Origin: Tubulanus polymorphus
Taxonomy: Eukaryota; Animalia; Nemertea
Direction of reading: 5' to 3'
Length of the DNA: 64,000 bases
Assembly: GCF_964204645.1 (NCBI RefSeq)
Contig: NC_134027.1
Span: forward strand, 23,026,560 to 23,090,559
The notes beneath the pieces were generated by a model. It was given only the letters and a program-made list of their open reading frames with translations. It searched no databases and was not told the DNA's origin. Position 1 is the stretch's first letter, and the number at the start of each line of letters is the position of its first letter. Both the position numbers and the translations under genes were made by a program. Below are positions 33,901 to 47,300 of the stretch, piece by piece.

Positions 33901-36900
33901 AAACTCTGCCTTACTTGTACTTCTTTTCTTTTCCCTTTTCGAAACGGTATTTTAGAGTTAGCGTATCGGACATCGCACAAAATTCCGATTCTCTCGTTAG
34001 AATCGGTGTAAACGTAGAACTCACCCATTTCGTAGTTTCCATTTGTCTCTGCTTTTTTCGCCTTCTTTCCTTTACGCGTTTTGTTTTTATCGACTTGCGC
34101 GTACAATGGTTCTGCACTATCTACCGACCCTGAAGAGAAAACACGGGATGTGAATATTTTAGAAACTAACTTCACGTCATACTTTTTTCTCGAATATCTA
34201 ATTTGGCATTTCATTTTGTGTAGCCAACACATTATTTTCTTCGAAAAAGTTTCTGAATGTACTTTTGCTAGAAATAAAATCCCTTTAGTATAGATTTCAT
34301 TCTGTGCATTTCACCTTTCGTTTTCTTTTTCTTGCTTTTATCCACATTGGAGTAAATTGGATCAGTACCGCTTGCACCATTTACGACTGAAAATAAGCCA
34401 CACGTTTGAAAAAATCGGCAAAATCATTGTCATTTCATCTATCATTCATGACAACCTTCGCATTCTTTATAACAACAACGATTCAGTAATAATACTAAAC
34501 TGGGAGCCGTGATATCAATGATTGAGGAAAAATAAAATCCCTTTAGTATTGATTTCATTCTATGCATTTACCTTTCGTTTTCTTTTTCTTGCTTTTATCC
34601 ACATTGGAGTAAATTGGATCAGTACCGCTTGCACCATTCATGACTGAAAATAAGCCACAAGTTTGAAAAAACCAGCAAAAACAATTTCATACAATTCAAC
34701 TTCGAGAAAATCATTGTTATGTCATCTATTATTCCTGACAACATTCGCATTATTTACAACAACAACGATTCAGTAGTAATACTAAACTGGGAGTCATAAT
34801 TTCAATGATTAAGGAAAATCATGATTAGTTTCTTAACAAAGCTTTTTCATCGAAAGTGGCTTTATTGATTCTGTACAAATTATCACGCATTTCTACGGCA
34901 ATTGACGGCACTCTTTCTGTTTTCAATGATTTCAAGGAATCGGTAAAATCATGATTAGTTTCTAATGTAAACCTCTAATGGAAGGTACACCGTAGTCTAT
35001 GCACTAATGGTAGCATGGAATAGTGCGCGACCAATTTCATTAAATCTTTAGTCTAATACATCGTAAATAAAAAATCGTAGCGGAAAATGCTTTTTGATTT
35101 TTTTTTCACTTTATCTAGTTGGTTTTCATAAAACGAAATTTGAAAGAGTAAAACAATTTCCATTTCCTCTATGTAACTATGTGTATCAGTAAGTTCTTTG
35201 TGAATATACGGCACATGTAATCCTGCTATTCTAAGAGCATTTCACCAAATACGTTGATCGGTTCCTTGGTATCATTCTAGATTTGACAAACACTTGTTTA
35301 CCTTGATTCTGATTTCGTTTTTTCTTTTTGTCAACCTGTGCGTAAATCGGTTCTCCTGAAAATAATAGAATTCAAAATCTATTCCGATCGCCTCTACCAT
35401 TCTTCTGGTCAATGATCGAGCAAATGATAGGTTTTTATAGATTGAGCCATCAATATCGCATCATTTGGCAATTCCCGAATATAAGTGATCACTGTACACT
35501 ACCGGGCATTACCGAACATTACCGATCACTTCGATCATTACATCCAAAAATACGAACTTGAATTCGCTACAATTTAAATCAAACTTCGGACTTAGATATT
35601 GAGATAATGAATACGTTAATTGATTCGCGGCTCGGAAATACTCGGTGGTTTTACGGAGATATCCGGCAATATCGATCGGTCAAAAAAATCGATAAAGATA
35701 CGGCATCGTAACATAAAGATAAAACTCTAACCAGTTTTCTCGACTCCATCTTCTGAAACTGCGAATATAGAAATGGATTTATTTAAGTACTTATAATGTA
35801 TTAGTTCTAATTCAGTTATGACAATATTTGTGATACAGTAATACTACGTAAAATCCTACAATTGTAAATTGGCTAGAAAAGTTTATTCTAAAATTACTCG
35901 TGATAATCTGGGGGATTACTGCCACCCTCCTACGAACAGTCTTAACTTTAAAGGGAGACGGATGGAGGAGACTTTTAAGATAGAAGCAGAGTGTTAGCAG
36001 TCACCCGCAATTTTTTCGATGATTCTTTTAACAAACCTTCTACTCAATTCAGTAGATCAGAAAATATCTTTATTTCAATAATGACGAAGTCTCAATGAAA
36101 TGAGGAAATGAACCGATTGCTTACCAAGATCGCCAATGTTCGAATACGGATCTGAAAATATGAAATATGTTTAAGCAACTCATAGACGGTATTGTGATTG
36201 AAGAATATTTTATAAAAGTCCGATCTTTAACTTAAAAACTCTGTGCTGAAGATAGAAAATATTTTTTTCTTTTTCTTTTGCCCATTCGGGATCTAAGAGG
36301 ACAAAGACAAACGAGAATTTCAATACTGTTTTTCTCTGAAGAAATAGAAAACCCTAATAATTTGTGCCAATTTTGATACTAACTAAGAAATTCTCGAAAC
36401 ATTTAGGGATGCGATATAACCATAGATATTGTGGAGATTACGTAGTTCATAATGCGAATTAAAAACTGACTGACAAAGATTTTCAACAATAATTTGTGAC
36501 ATGAAACCTGTTGCAATAATCTGTTTGCGTAAATTTTCGGCGTGTAAGGAAGTTGTAAAATTGTGACATTACCGAAGTCATCGGTAGTGACGTGATTATC
36601 TTTGGTCGGTGGACTTTTAGGTTTTTTGTTGACTCGCGCGTACTTGTCACCTAACAAGGAAAAGACAAACAAATATTTGAACAAATATATGTTTATATTT
36701 TAGATGAGATGAAAGATTTGAAGTGGCAAATGTTACCTCTAGGTCCAACTACAAATCCATCGATATCGTTATCGTTTGGAGGAGGAACTGAAGCCGGACT
36801 GTAGAAAAAGGGAAACACATTTTTTTGTGATGATCGGTCGGGTTGGAAAGGGAATCTCTGACTTTTGATTAAGCTCAACAAATATGATTGGCAATTTCTA

Positions 36901-39900
36901 GTTTCGTATTGACTTTCGATGAATAAAGGCATCTACCTTTCCGATCGATTTTTGGTCCAGATCCATTGACCGTCTCGACGCCTTTTCACGAATAGCAACA
37001 CGAACACAATGACGATGATGGTGACCAATACGACACCCACAACAACACCTCCGATCAATGTAACATAGGTAGTAACTGATAGGATCGAAAATGAGAAAAT
37101 GAAATTTGCGAACCATGACAAATGAAAGAATCAATCTGCCTGGGTTTCACCAGATGCATTATCATTGAAAGTGAACTTACAAAATGACTATAGACATCAG
37201 ATATTTATGCATCTTTTCCGTTGTTTATCTTTATTTTTAACTATTTGATGTTGGTTTACCGAAACTAACCACTGGTTTACGTAACCTCACGACGGTACGG
37301 CAATGTAATTAATGCCACGGCGTAACGCTTTATCCCACTTAACTACTGAGACCGTTTCAATTCACGAGGGGTAGTTGGAGGCAGGGTATCTGACCCCGGG
37401 AAATTTATATATCGGGTTCATTAAGAAGCTTCATTAATTTGCGGTTACATTAAGTAAATCGCTAAATGTTTCCGAATATTCTTTAGAAAGCTGCGCCTGA
37501 TCGATTAACCCTACAGCCGGGCGCCGCGGATCTACGAATCCCGTCAATAAAGCTATTTGGATTTGTATTTGGAATTATATTTGTAACGTCGACCATGTGA
37601 CAAAACAAAATGGCACCATCCAGTCCAGTGAACGAGAACTTGTCGCTATGATTTATTTGCTACTAAAACGACGCCGTCGTCGACGACGAAGAATCCACAA
37701 GAGGGATAGAAAAAAGCTTATGTTATATCATCGACGATCTTACCACCGACCGAGCCAATATAGGATTTAGGAAGCATGGATATCACAATTCAACAGTAAC
37801 CGCACCCTCTTAAACACAGCAGAACTCTATACCTGAAACAGAACTACAGCCTACCTGGAATTTCTACCTGGTGGCTCAGAATGACGTCACTACTCTCAGT
37901 TACAATCAGTTGGTAACTGTATGCTTGATCGGGATCGATTTTAATCTCAATACTAATCGGACCACCAGTAGTTTCTAATTTCGTAGAATTAAAACATTCG
38001 TTTGTATGTTTGATACAGTATTTCACGTAGACGCTGTACTTCGACGGAAACGACGACAAATTTATCAGGACACTATTTCCTTTCTGTGTTACTGTCGCTT
38101 GCTTCAATGCGGTGTTTATAGCGCTTGGAATAGCTAAAAATGAGAAAAAAAATTCGATTTCAATATTAATGAAAACAATTGATATATCATCAACACGATC
38201 ATAAAGAAAGGAATGCGTGTAGCCAATCCCACTAGCTAGAACTATCAGCCGAGGTAGAATTCTCAAGATCGGGAATCGAGGAGGCACGTATGTCGCTACG
38301 TATTCCGATTCCTATATTCGTATCAACGGGAAGCTCCTTGATTCTGAATTTGACCGGAAATGATGCGACATCGAATGTGAATTTCAATTTCAATTTCAAT
38401 TTATACATCATAAATCCAAAGTATAAGATTATGAATGAAGAAAAACAACAATAACAACAAACAGAAAAAAAAAATGATATCGGCAAAGTTTACTGGAAAA
38501 ATTAGTACGAAGCAGCTTTTTGTTTGAATTTCTTCGATGACACGAAATGAGGTTTTTCCGAAAACGAGGAATTTAACACAGACAAAATTATCTCAATCAA
38601 AAACTTAACGAATTGAGGAATTTACGTTTAATTAATCTAACGGGCTTAAGGATAGGCCTGTATTTACATCTTATAAAACTTACATATCTAACAAGCCTTC
38701 AATCTTACCATTTGTATTCGTTGTAACTATATCAGTAAATGGACTTGTATTATCACCAGGATTTGAGTTGACACTTTTCACTTTGAACTGATAATCAGTT
38801 GCTGGTTTTAATCCGGTTATTTTCGTTTGCACCAGTTTTTTATAACCGGGATCGGTTATTTCAGTTTTATTCACGAAAGCTGAAACGGAATTCCAAGCCC
38901 TGTAACTGACGGCGAACGTTTGTTCGGCACCACCCTCAAATTCAGACATCCAACTCAGCGTCACAGAAACGGCTGTTCTTGCAATAACTCTCAGATTTGA
39001 CGGTGTTTGTGGAGGTCCTGAAATAATAATAAGAAAAAAAAATGAAATTCCTTTTATAGTTCGCATGCTGCGCTGATTTATTAGGATCCCAGTTCGGCAA
39101 AATGTCTCGTGTTATTCAAGAGTGTTAATATAGGTATTAATCTGAAGCCTGACCCGGCACACCTTCAGACATTCAACACCGATATTTCCAATTAATTAAA
39201 AGACTAACAGACGAACTATCTTTGAAATTTCGGGTTCAGGCTGCGATCGATATTCATTTTGTGGGTTTTATTAGAATTTATACCGTGGAAAATATTGTCA
39301 TTATTTCAAGTGACTGCGAATTTCTAATAACTTCAAATTCGAAATAACACATCGTACTTACCTGTCTCTGTGAGTTTCAATGTAACTTCTACGCTACCAA
39401 CAGAATTATTAAGTTTACACGAATAAGATCCGTAATCAGACGCCTGAACTGATTGTATGGTGACATCCCACTGCGTTAAACTGGTATTTTTCATTAAATG
39501 TTTGCCATTTGTTGAATTGTGACTGCAATTTAAAGTTGTCGCTTGCGGATTCGCATCGTAGTTTATCGTGTATCTTATATTTTCTCCTATATTCGCGGCG
39601 ATGGGTTCAACGAGTTGTGGCGATAGTTTTGGTGCATCTATTATAGAATTGAACTAAATATGTATGTCGTGTCAAAGCAGAAATTTTCTAGAAGGCTACA
39701 CGAGTAATTTTTATTAGCACTTTAGAGATGAAAGAATGTAGTTTCAAATGAAGATATATACATATGACTTTAGCGCATCTATTACCAATTGAACTAAAAC
39801 TATGAGGAAGTTGATTCCATTGCGTTACCATTTTAAACGAAATCTTAAATGCTGAATGAAATCTTAAAAAATAGATGGATTGCACATTGTATGATGTTTA

Positions 39901-41363
39901 CCTAATGAAAATACGAAGAACAATTTTTTGGGTTGTGATTCAATAAAAGTCAGCCATGGAAATACAGATAATGATTCGTTCTACTCGAACTTCTGTTGCA
40001 GATAAAAATATGAATCGTTAAAAATGTCATGCATTATTTCACACTTACACAATATAGACAGTGTCGTGGAGTTGGTGACACCATTAACAGGTTGACTGTT
40101 CTGATAAGCTGTACATCTGTATTGTCTCCCATTTTTATCCTTATCAGTTGATACTACTAGACTACTAGTAGATATCTGTCCACTGTGAGATTCGAGATGA
40201 TTTACTGGTGGACTGGGTGAAATATTTATCCACGTTGTCGCCCCAGAGCTGTACGCCCAGAGAATCGTAGACACCGGGTTACTGGAGTCAGTTGTACACG
40301 TAAGAGTCTTTGATGTACCTTGAACAACTGGACCGCTTGGAATTTCAGTCAGTGTCATTGATTCTGGTGGAACTGTAGATATAAAAGTTAGAGCCATGAT
40401 TGTTATGCCGTAAAACGGTCATTGAAAAAGTGATTTTCACTTACAATGAACGGTTATAGTTGTATTTTTGTTAAGATTTCCAGTTTGACATCTGTATCGA
40501 GCCTGATTCATGGTTTTAGTTGCAGTAATAGATAATGTACTAGTAGCCACAAACCCGTGATTGGTTCCAGTAGTTCGATTCGTAGCTGGTTGAGGGTCAA
40601 GTAGTGTCCATGTTGTAGAGGAATATGTAAACCACTGAATCTGTGCAGCCGGGTTTGACGAGTCAGTTTTACACTCTATCTGTTGATTATTGTTTACTAA
40701 CACATTATCAGCCGGTGTCTTCATCATTATCAGTGCTGTTGCTGTGACTAAATTTTGAATCGTCGCAAATTAACAAAAATTCCTGTATTCGAATTCAACG
40801 CATACGAGTAAATTCAATCCGGGTACTTACAGTTGACAGTTAATATAATTTTATTAGAAAACATTGGTGTTGGTATACCAGCCCCAGTAGCTGTACATTG
40901 ATATTCTGCCTGGTTATCTGTTTTATTGACGGATGTTGAATATGTTAGAGGACTGACTCCCTTTTTCACAGTGCTGCCCCCTGGTGTTCTAGTTATGGCG
41001 AGGTTCGGTTCCGGGTTACCTCCTGTAGTTGTACACGTTAAATCAACAGATGCAGATTCCTGAACGGGTGACGTCGGTCCTTGTAATGTAACACTACTCG
41101 GTGGAACTAAAATGAAGGGAAAAACGATTCGACCTAAACGTTTATGGGCGGCCATACCCGCAAAATATCAGCGTCTCGTCTGTTTGTCTGTACTCCGGAT
41201 AATCATCTCATCTTATCAACGTGATATTTTTCCTGGTCGATATTTTCAAGTTCGTAGGTAGTACGGCTGTGTGTAAATAGACTGATTTTCGGTTTCCATT
41301 TTTGATTAAAGACTTGTCTAATTTGAGACCACAGCACCAGAGTAACGGCTTGTTACCGAAAGA
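30930..41363. repeat. Segmental duplication copy 1 (matches about 53190-64000, offset about 22.3-22.6 kb)
   Basis: ORFs and introns recur at a constant +22637 offset from 36403 to 41363; the 3'-flank homology is more diverged. Confidence 0.95.
31870..32090. mobile_element. MITE-like element (paralogous copy at about 54393-54609)
   Basis: Imperfect TIRs AGGCTAAACAAAAATGATACCTTGTTTCTCC / GGAGAAACAAGGTATCAATTTTCTGGCCT. Confidence 0.6.
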
Positions 41364-44300
41364 CTGATTGCCTGTCGAGTTCAGGGCCACCTGCCTTTGC
41401 ACACCGTTTGATGTCCATGATACCAATGAACCGAAACACGCATGTATGGTGGCTGATTCAGGCCATAACGTAAAATTACTGCTATGCAAATGAGGGAACC
41501 AGAACGCCGGAACGAAAAAAAGTCAAATTTTCTCGAAAAGTCCGTTTTGGCGCGCCAAAAGTAAAGAATGTCCCGTTTTGGCACCCCCGCCAAAAAAACG
41601 AAAAACGTCTCAATTTCTCTGAAAATCCGTTTTGGTGCGCCAACACAAAGAAATTTCGGCGCCAAAACGAACTTTTATACGTAAATAATTCTATATATGC
41701 AAATTTATGCAAATTAAACATAAGATCAATGCGCCAAATTGAAAAATAATCTCACTGTGGTTGAGTGTTTGTTTTGGCGGGGGCGCCAAAACGGATTTTT
41801 AGAGAAATTATGACTTTTTTCGTTGTTTTGGCGCCCTCATTTGCATACCAGGAATTTTAAGCTACGGCCCGAGTCAGCCACCATACGCATGCGCTACACC
41901 TCAGTAGAAAGTAAGCACTGCTGATATACACAGACATGGTTAATTTTATAAACTAGGGGTTTATGGACACCATGCTTGGAAAGTGGTTTCAATTGCTCAA
42001 TAATCTAACAAGTTCAATATTCAACGCCCGCTGGTGACCATATACAGAAACCAATAATCTTGAAACTAACTACAATCATAGACCATGTCAGCAGCTATAA
42101 TTTTGCAATTGATTGCACTAATCAATTATGTAATTTGTCATTTCCATTGTGTAACTTTTAAAATTCATATATTGTTATAATTCACAGGAAATTTAAAAAA
42201 TAATAATAATTGATTGTGATACCAAAATATGTCTAGATACCAAAATTATTCTACTATTCAATGCCCCCTGGTGACTATATGCAAAACCCAATAACCTTGA
42301 AACTCACCACAATCATAGTAGAATGTCATGAGCTATAACTTTCGAATTGATTGAGGAAACAAAATATGCAAAGGTACAATATAGAAATAGCAAGTAATTG
42401 AATAATTCAACGCCCCTGGTGGACATATTAAAAAAAAACCAATTACCTTGAAACTCACCACAATCATAGAATATATTATGAGCTACAACTTTTCAATTGT
42501 TTGTGGTAACAACATATGCTCAGGTATCGATATAATGCGGAAAATCTTTTTTCCACCTACGAATGAGTACTGATGACACCAAGATGGCCGCCAATTACGT
42601 GATAAAAATACCTGTCTCATGTTTTAAAGATAAATACCCATCACATATTTTGATGAAAAATGGCAAACAGCAGGAAGCTCCAGGACACCGAATTCGGGCC
42701 AAAATTGACATTTTGGGCACCAAAAAAACGGTCAGAGTACGATTATCCTCAGTCCCATCGGCCTAATTTTTCTTATGCTGATGGGCCCTGTAAAGATATA
42801 TATGTACGAAAAAAAGATACGATTATTTTGAAGGGAGTTTAAAATGGGGACTGAAACCTTTGTTGAGGTTGACAGAGCGTACGGAATGAGTGCAAATCAA
42901 AGCAGATTCGACTATGTCTCTTCAGTGAGATTGATGTTGGGAAAAATAATATTAGCTCTAGGGAAATCATAATTATACTTGGTTTCCAAAAATAAGGGAC
43001 TACTAATTTTACCTCATTTGTTCCTTGCATAATTGAGTGATTTGTAGTAAACTTTTTACAGTACTTACAGATGACATTTAATCTAACTTGATTAGAAATC
43101 ATTGGTGTTGGTATACCAGCCCCAGTAGCTGTACATTGATATTCTGCCTGGTTATCTGTTTTAGTGACGGATGTTGAATATGTTAGAGGACTAACTCCCT
43201 GTTTGACAGTGCTGCCTCCTCGTGTTCTAGTTATGGTGAGGGTCGGTACCGGGTTACCCCCTGTAGCTGTACACGTTAAGTCAACAGATGCAGATTCCTG
43301 AACGGGTGACGTCGGTCCTTGTAATGTTACACCACTTGGTGGATCTGAAATCAAAAGGTGTTACACACATGATTATCATATTCAATCGATTATTCATATG
43401 CAGCAGTAGCTACAGATTATTTTACAGCCTCTGGAAGGAAAATTTAGATTGCCCCAAATACGTTTGAAGTGCATTCAAAAATAATATTTGTTCTAAGCTT
43501 TTTAGGTCAGGAATTATTTCTTTTATTCAAAGAAATATGGAATATATAATATCACGCCAAGTTCAATAATGAATTCGAGAAATAAATTTCCTAAACGTTT
43601 TTGATATTCTAATTGTTTCGGTTCACTGTATAATTGCCGCATTTTTTTGAAAGCGCCTCACCCAATCAACATCGTGATAAATAAACATCACGCAGATGAG
43701 AATCAGTTGACATTATACGGTGGGACTACTAAGAAAGAATCATTTGAGCATCTGTCCCAATTCTTGCCGTATGATACATTTACTGCGTGATATTCTATTT
43801 CAATCAGAGAATCTGATCCGTTTGAATTTCTGTTGAACGCGTTTGAATTCATATTCTTTTGTATTTGTACGATATTCTTAGTCTTTATTCATGATTATTG
43901 CTCTATCCCGATGTGACAATAATATCTTTTGATAAGGAAAAAACCCGAAACTTTAACATATTTCTGCCTCATAAAATGAACTTCATAATTAACTCCGTCA
44001 AGGAGCCGCACGCGTTTTCCGCGGCATTCAACGCAGTAATCTAGGTACAGATATTTTGTTCTTTATCGAAAATGACGGAACAGATTTGATGAATTCCTTT
44101 GAATTCATTGGATGGACAGTATAAAACTAATTGTTATTATAAAAAGTAATATGATGAGTTGAATGACGTGAGTTTAGATGAGTACTTACATTCCACATTG
44201 ATAGTAATACTACCAGCAACTGATCCTGCTATATTCGATACGTTGCATGTATAAACACCTGAATCAGTTTTACTGATTCGTGTAAAACTGAGTTTATTAT

Positions 44301-47300
44301 TAGACTGTCCTGATAGATTGACACCGCTCCATTTATACGACAGTCCTGTAGCTCCAGGCTGTGAACTGTTACATGTGATAGTCAATGGTGAATTCTCCTG
44401 TACTGTTACGATGTTGTTGATGGCGGTTGGTTGAGATGTTAGAACTGGTCCACTCGGGGGTACTGAAAATTTGAAACTGCATGTATTTTGAAAACCACGG
44501 AGGTTTCGATGGTACATTTTCCTTACGCCTCCTGAATTATTGATTTTCGCAATCTAAAACAAATCATCAACATCATAATGAAAGGTACAACATCAATCAG
44601 TTGTAGATCACGAAATATCTGTGATAAAACGATAAGAGTAAAATCCCGCAATGAATGAATTGATGGCCAAAAAGAAGCAATATTTCGGGTGGTTGCTACC
44701 ACCCTTCTTCAGTCAAAATGACTTACCGAAAATACGCAGCGTATGTATACAGATATATATGTACGAAAAAAAGATACGATTATTTTGAAGGGAGTTTAAA
44801 ATGGGGACTGAAACCTTTGTTGAGGTTGACAGAGCCTGCCGAATGAGTGCAAATCAAAGCAGATTCAACTATGTCTCTTCAGTGAGATTGATGTTGGGAA
44901 AAATAGTATTAGCTCTATGGAAATCATAATTATACTTGGTTTCCAAAAATAAGGGACTACCTGACTTTCTAATTTTACCTCATTTGTTCCTTGAATAATT
45001 GAGTGATTTGTAGTAAACTTTTTACAGTACTTACAGATGACATTTAATCTAACTTTATTAGAGATCATTGGTGTTGGTATACCAGCCCCAGTAGCTGTAC
45101 ATTGATATTCTGCCTGGTTATCTGTTTTAGTGACAGATAGTGAATATGTTAGTGGACTAACTCCTTGTTTGACAGTGCTGCCTCCTGGTGTCCTAGTTAT
45201 GTTGAGGTTCGGTACCGGGTTACCCCCTGTAGCTGTACACGTTAAGTCAACAGATGCAGATTCCTGAACGGGTGACGTCGGTCCTTGTAATGTTACACCA
45301 CTTGGTGGATCTGAAATCAAAAGGTGTTACACACATGATTATCATATTCAATCGATTATTCATATGCAGCAGTAGCTACAGATTATTTTACAGCCTCTGG
45401 AAGGAAAATTTAGATTGCCCCAAATACGTTTGAAGTGCATTCAAAAATAATATTTGTTCTAAGCTTTTTAGGTCAGGAATTATTTCTTTTATTCAAAGAA
45501 ATATGGAATATATAATATCACGCCAAGTTCAATAATGAATTCGAGAAATAAATTTCCTAAACGTTTTTGATATTCTAATTGTTTCGGTTCACTGTATAAT
45601 TGCCGCATTTTTTTTGAAAGCGCCTCACCCAATCAACATCGTGATAAATAAACATCACGCAGATGAGAATCAGTTGACATTATACGGTGGGACTACTAAG
45701 AAAGAATCATTTGAGCATCTGTCCCAATTCTTGCCGTATGATACATTTACTGCGTGATATTCTATTTCAATCAGAGAATCTGATCCGTTTGAATTTCTGT
45801 TTAACGCGTTTGAATTCATATTCTTTTGTATTTGTACGATATTCTTAGTCTTTATTCATGATTATTGCTCTATCCCGATGTGACAAGAATATCTTTTGAT
45901 AAGGAAAAAACCCGAAACTTTAACATATTTCTGCCTCATAAAAACGAAACTCATATGAACTTCATAATTAACTCCGTCAAGGAGCCGCACGCGTTTTCCG
46001 CGGCATTCAACGCAGTAATCTAGGTACAGATATTTTGTTCTTTATCGAAAATGACGGAACAGATTTGATGAATTCCTTTGAATTCATTGGATGGACAGTA
46101 TAAAACTAATTGTTATTATAAAATGTAATATGATGAGTTGAATGACGTGAGTTTAGATGAGTACTTACATTCCACATTGATAGTAATATTACCAGCAACT
46201 GATCCTGCTATATTCGATACGTTACATGTATAGACACCTGAATCAGTTTTACTGATTCGTGTAAAACTGAGTTTATTATTAGACTGTCCTGATAGATTGA
46301 CACCGCTCCATTTGTACGTCAGTCCTGTAGCTCCAGACTGTGAACCGTCACATGCGATTGTTAATGGTGAATTCTCCTGTACTGCGACGATGTTGTTGTT
46401 GGCGGTGTTTGGTTGAGATGTTAGAACTGGTCCACTCGGGGGCGCTGTAAATGTAAAACTATATCTATATTGAAAACCACGGTGGTTTCAATGGTACATT
46501 TTCAATACGCCTGCTGGATTATTGATTTTGGAAATTTAAAAACAAATCATCGACATGGAAATTAATGATTTTACATGAATAAGTCAAAAAGTTTATTCAT
46601 AATATTAGAAATGTTTCGGGTGGTTGCTAACACCCTTCTTCAGTCTAAAATGACTTGCCAAATAAATACACAACATATGTATATAAGCATATTAATATAG
46701 AATCATATACCTGTCACTGCACATAAGTTATGGGGACTAGAGTACTGACATTATACAAGTATTTTGAAGGGAGTTTAAGATGGGGGATGAAACCTTTGTT
46801 TAGGTTGACAGAGCCGTCGGAATGAGTGATAATTAAAGCAGATTCAACTATGTCTCTTTTAGTGAGATTGATGTTGGCAAAAATAATATTGGCTCCAGGA
46901 AAATCAAAATTATATCCGATTTCAAAGAAGGGATACCCCATTTTACTTATATCACCCCATTAAAAACATCCCGTTTATGTTCCCTGATTCTTCCCAGTTT
47001 CACCAAATATAGAAAGTTTACAATCAGATCAGTTGATTCTATTAACTCGACAATGGACATTAGGGTTAAGATTGTTATTGGAGCAAAATAAAGAAATTTT
47101 ATTGATATACTTGAAAATGAAATCGGTATTCAAATCATGAGGAGCCGGTTCGAATTTTTCATGACAATGACAAAAGGAACTATAATTTTGATTTTAGGCT
47201 TTAACGAACTAATGATTACGTGGTCGCGAAGGAGAGAAAAACTTTTTTTGACATTGTGAAGCGCTTTCTCTAAATCTTTGTCCGGGTATGCAAGTTTTCA

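Noticed and set aside
35302-35355. Horizontal transfer from Helicobacter cagA
   Set aside because: The similarity is limited to a roughly 11-aa linear motif on a spliced micro-exon; convergence is sufficient.
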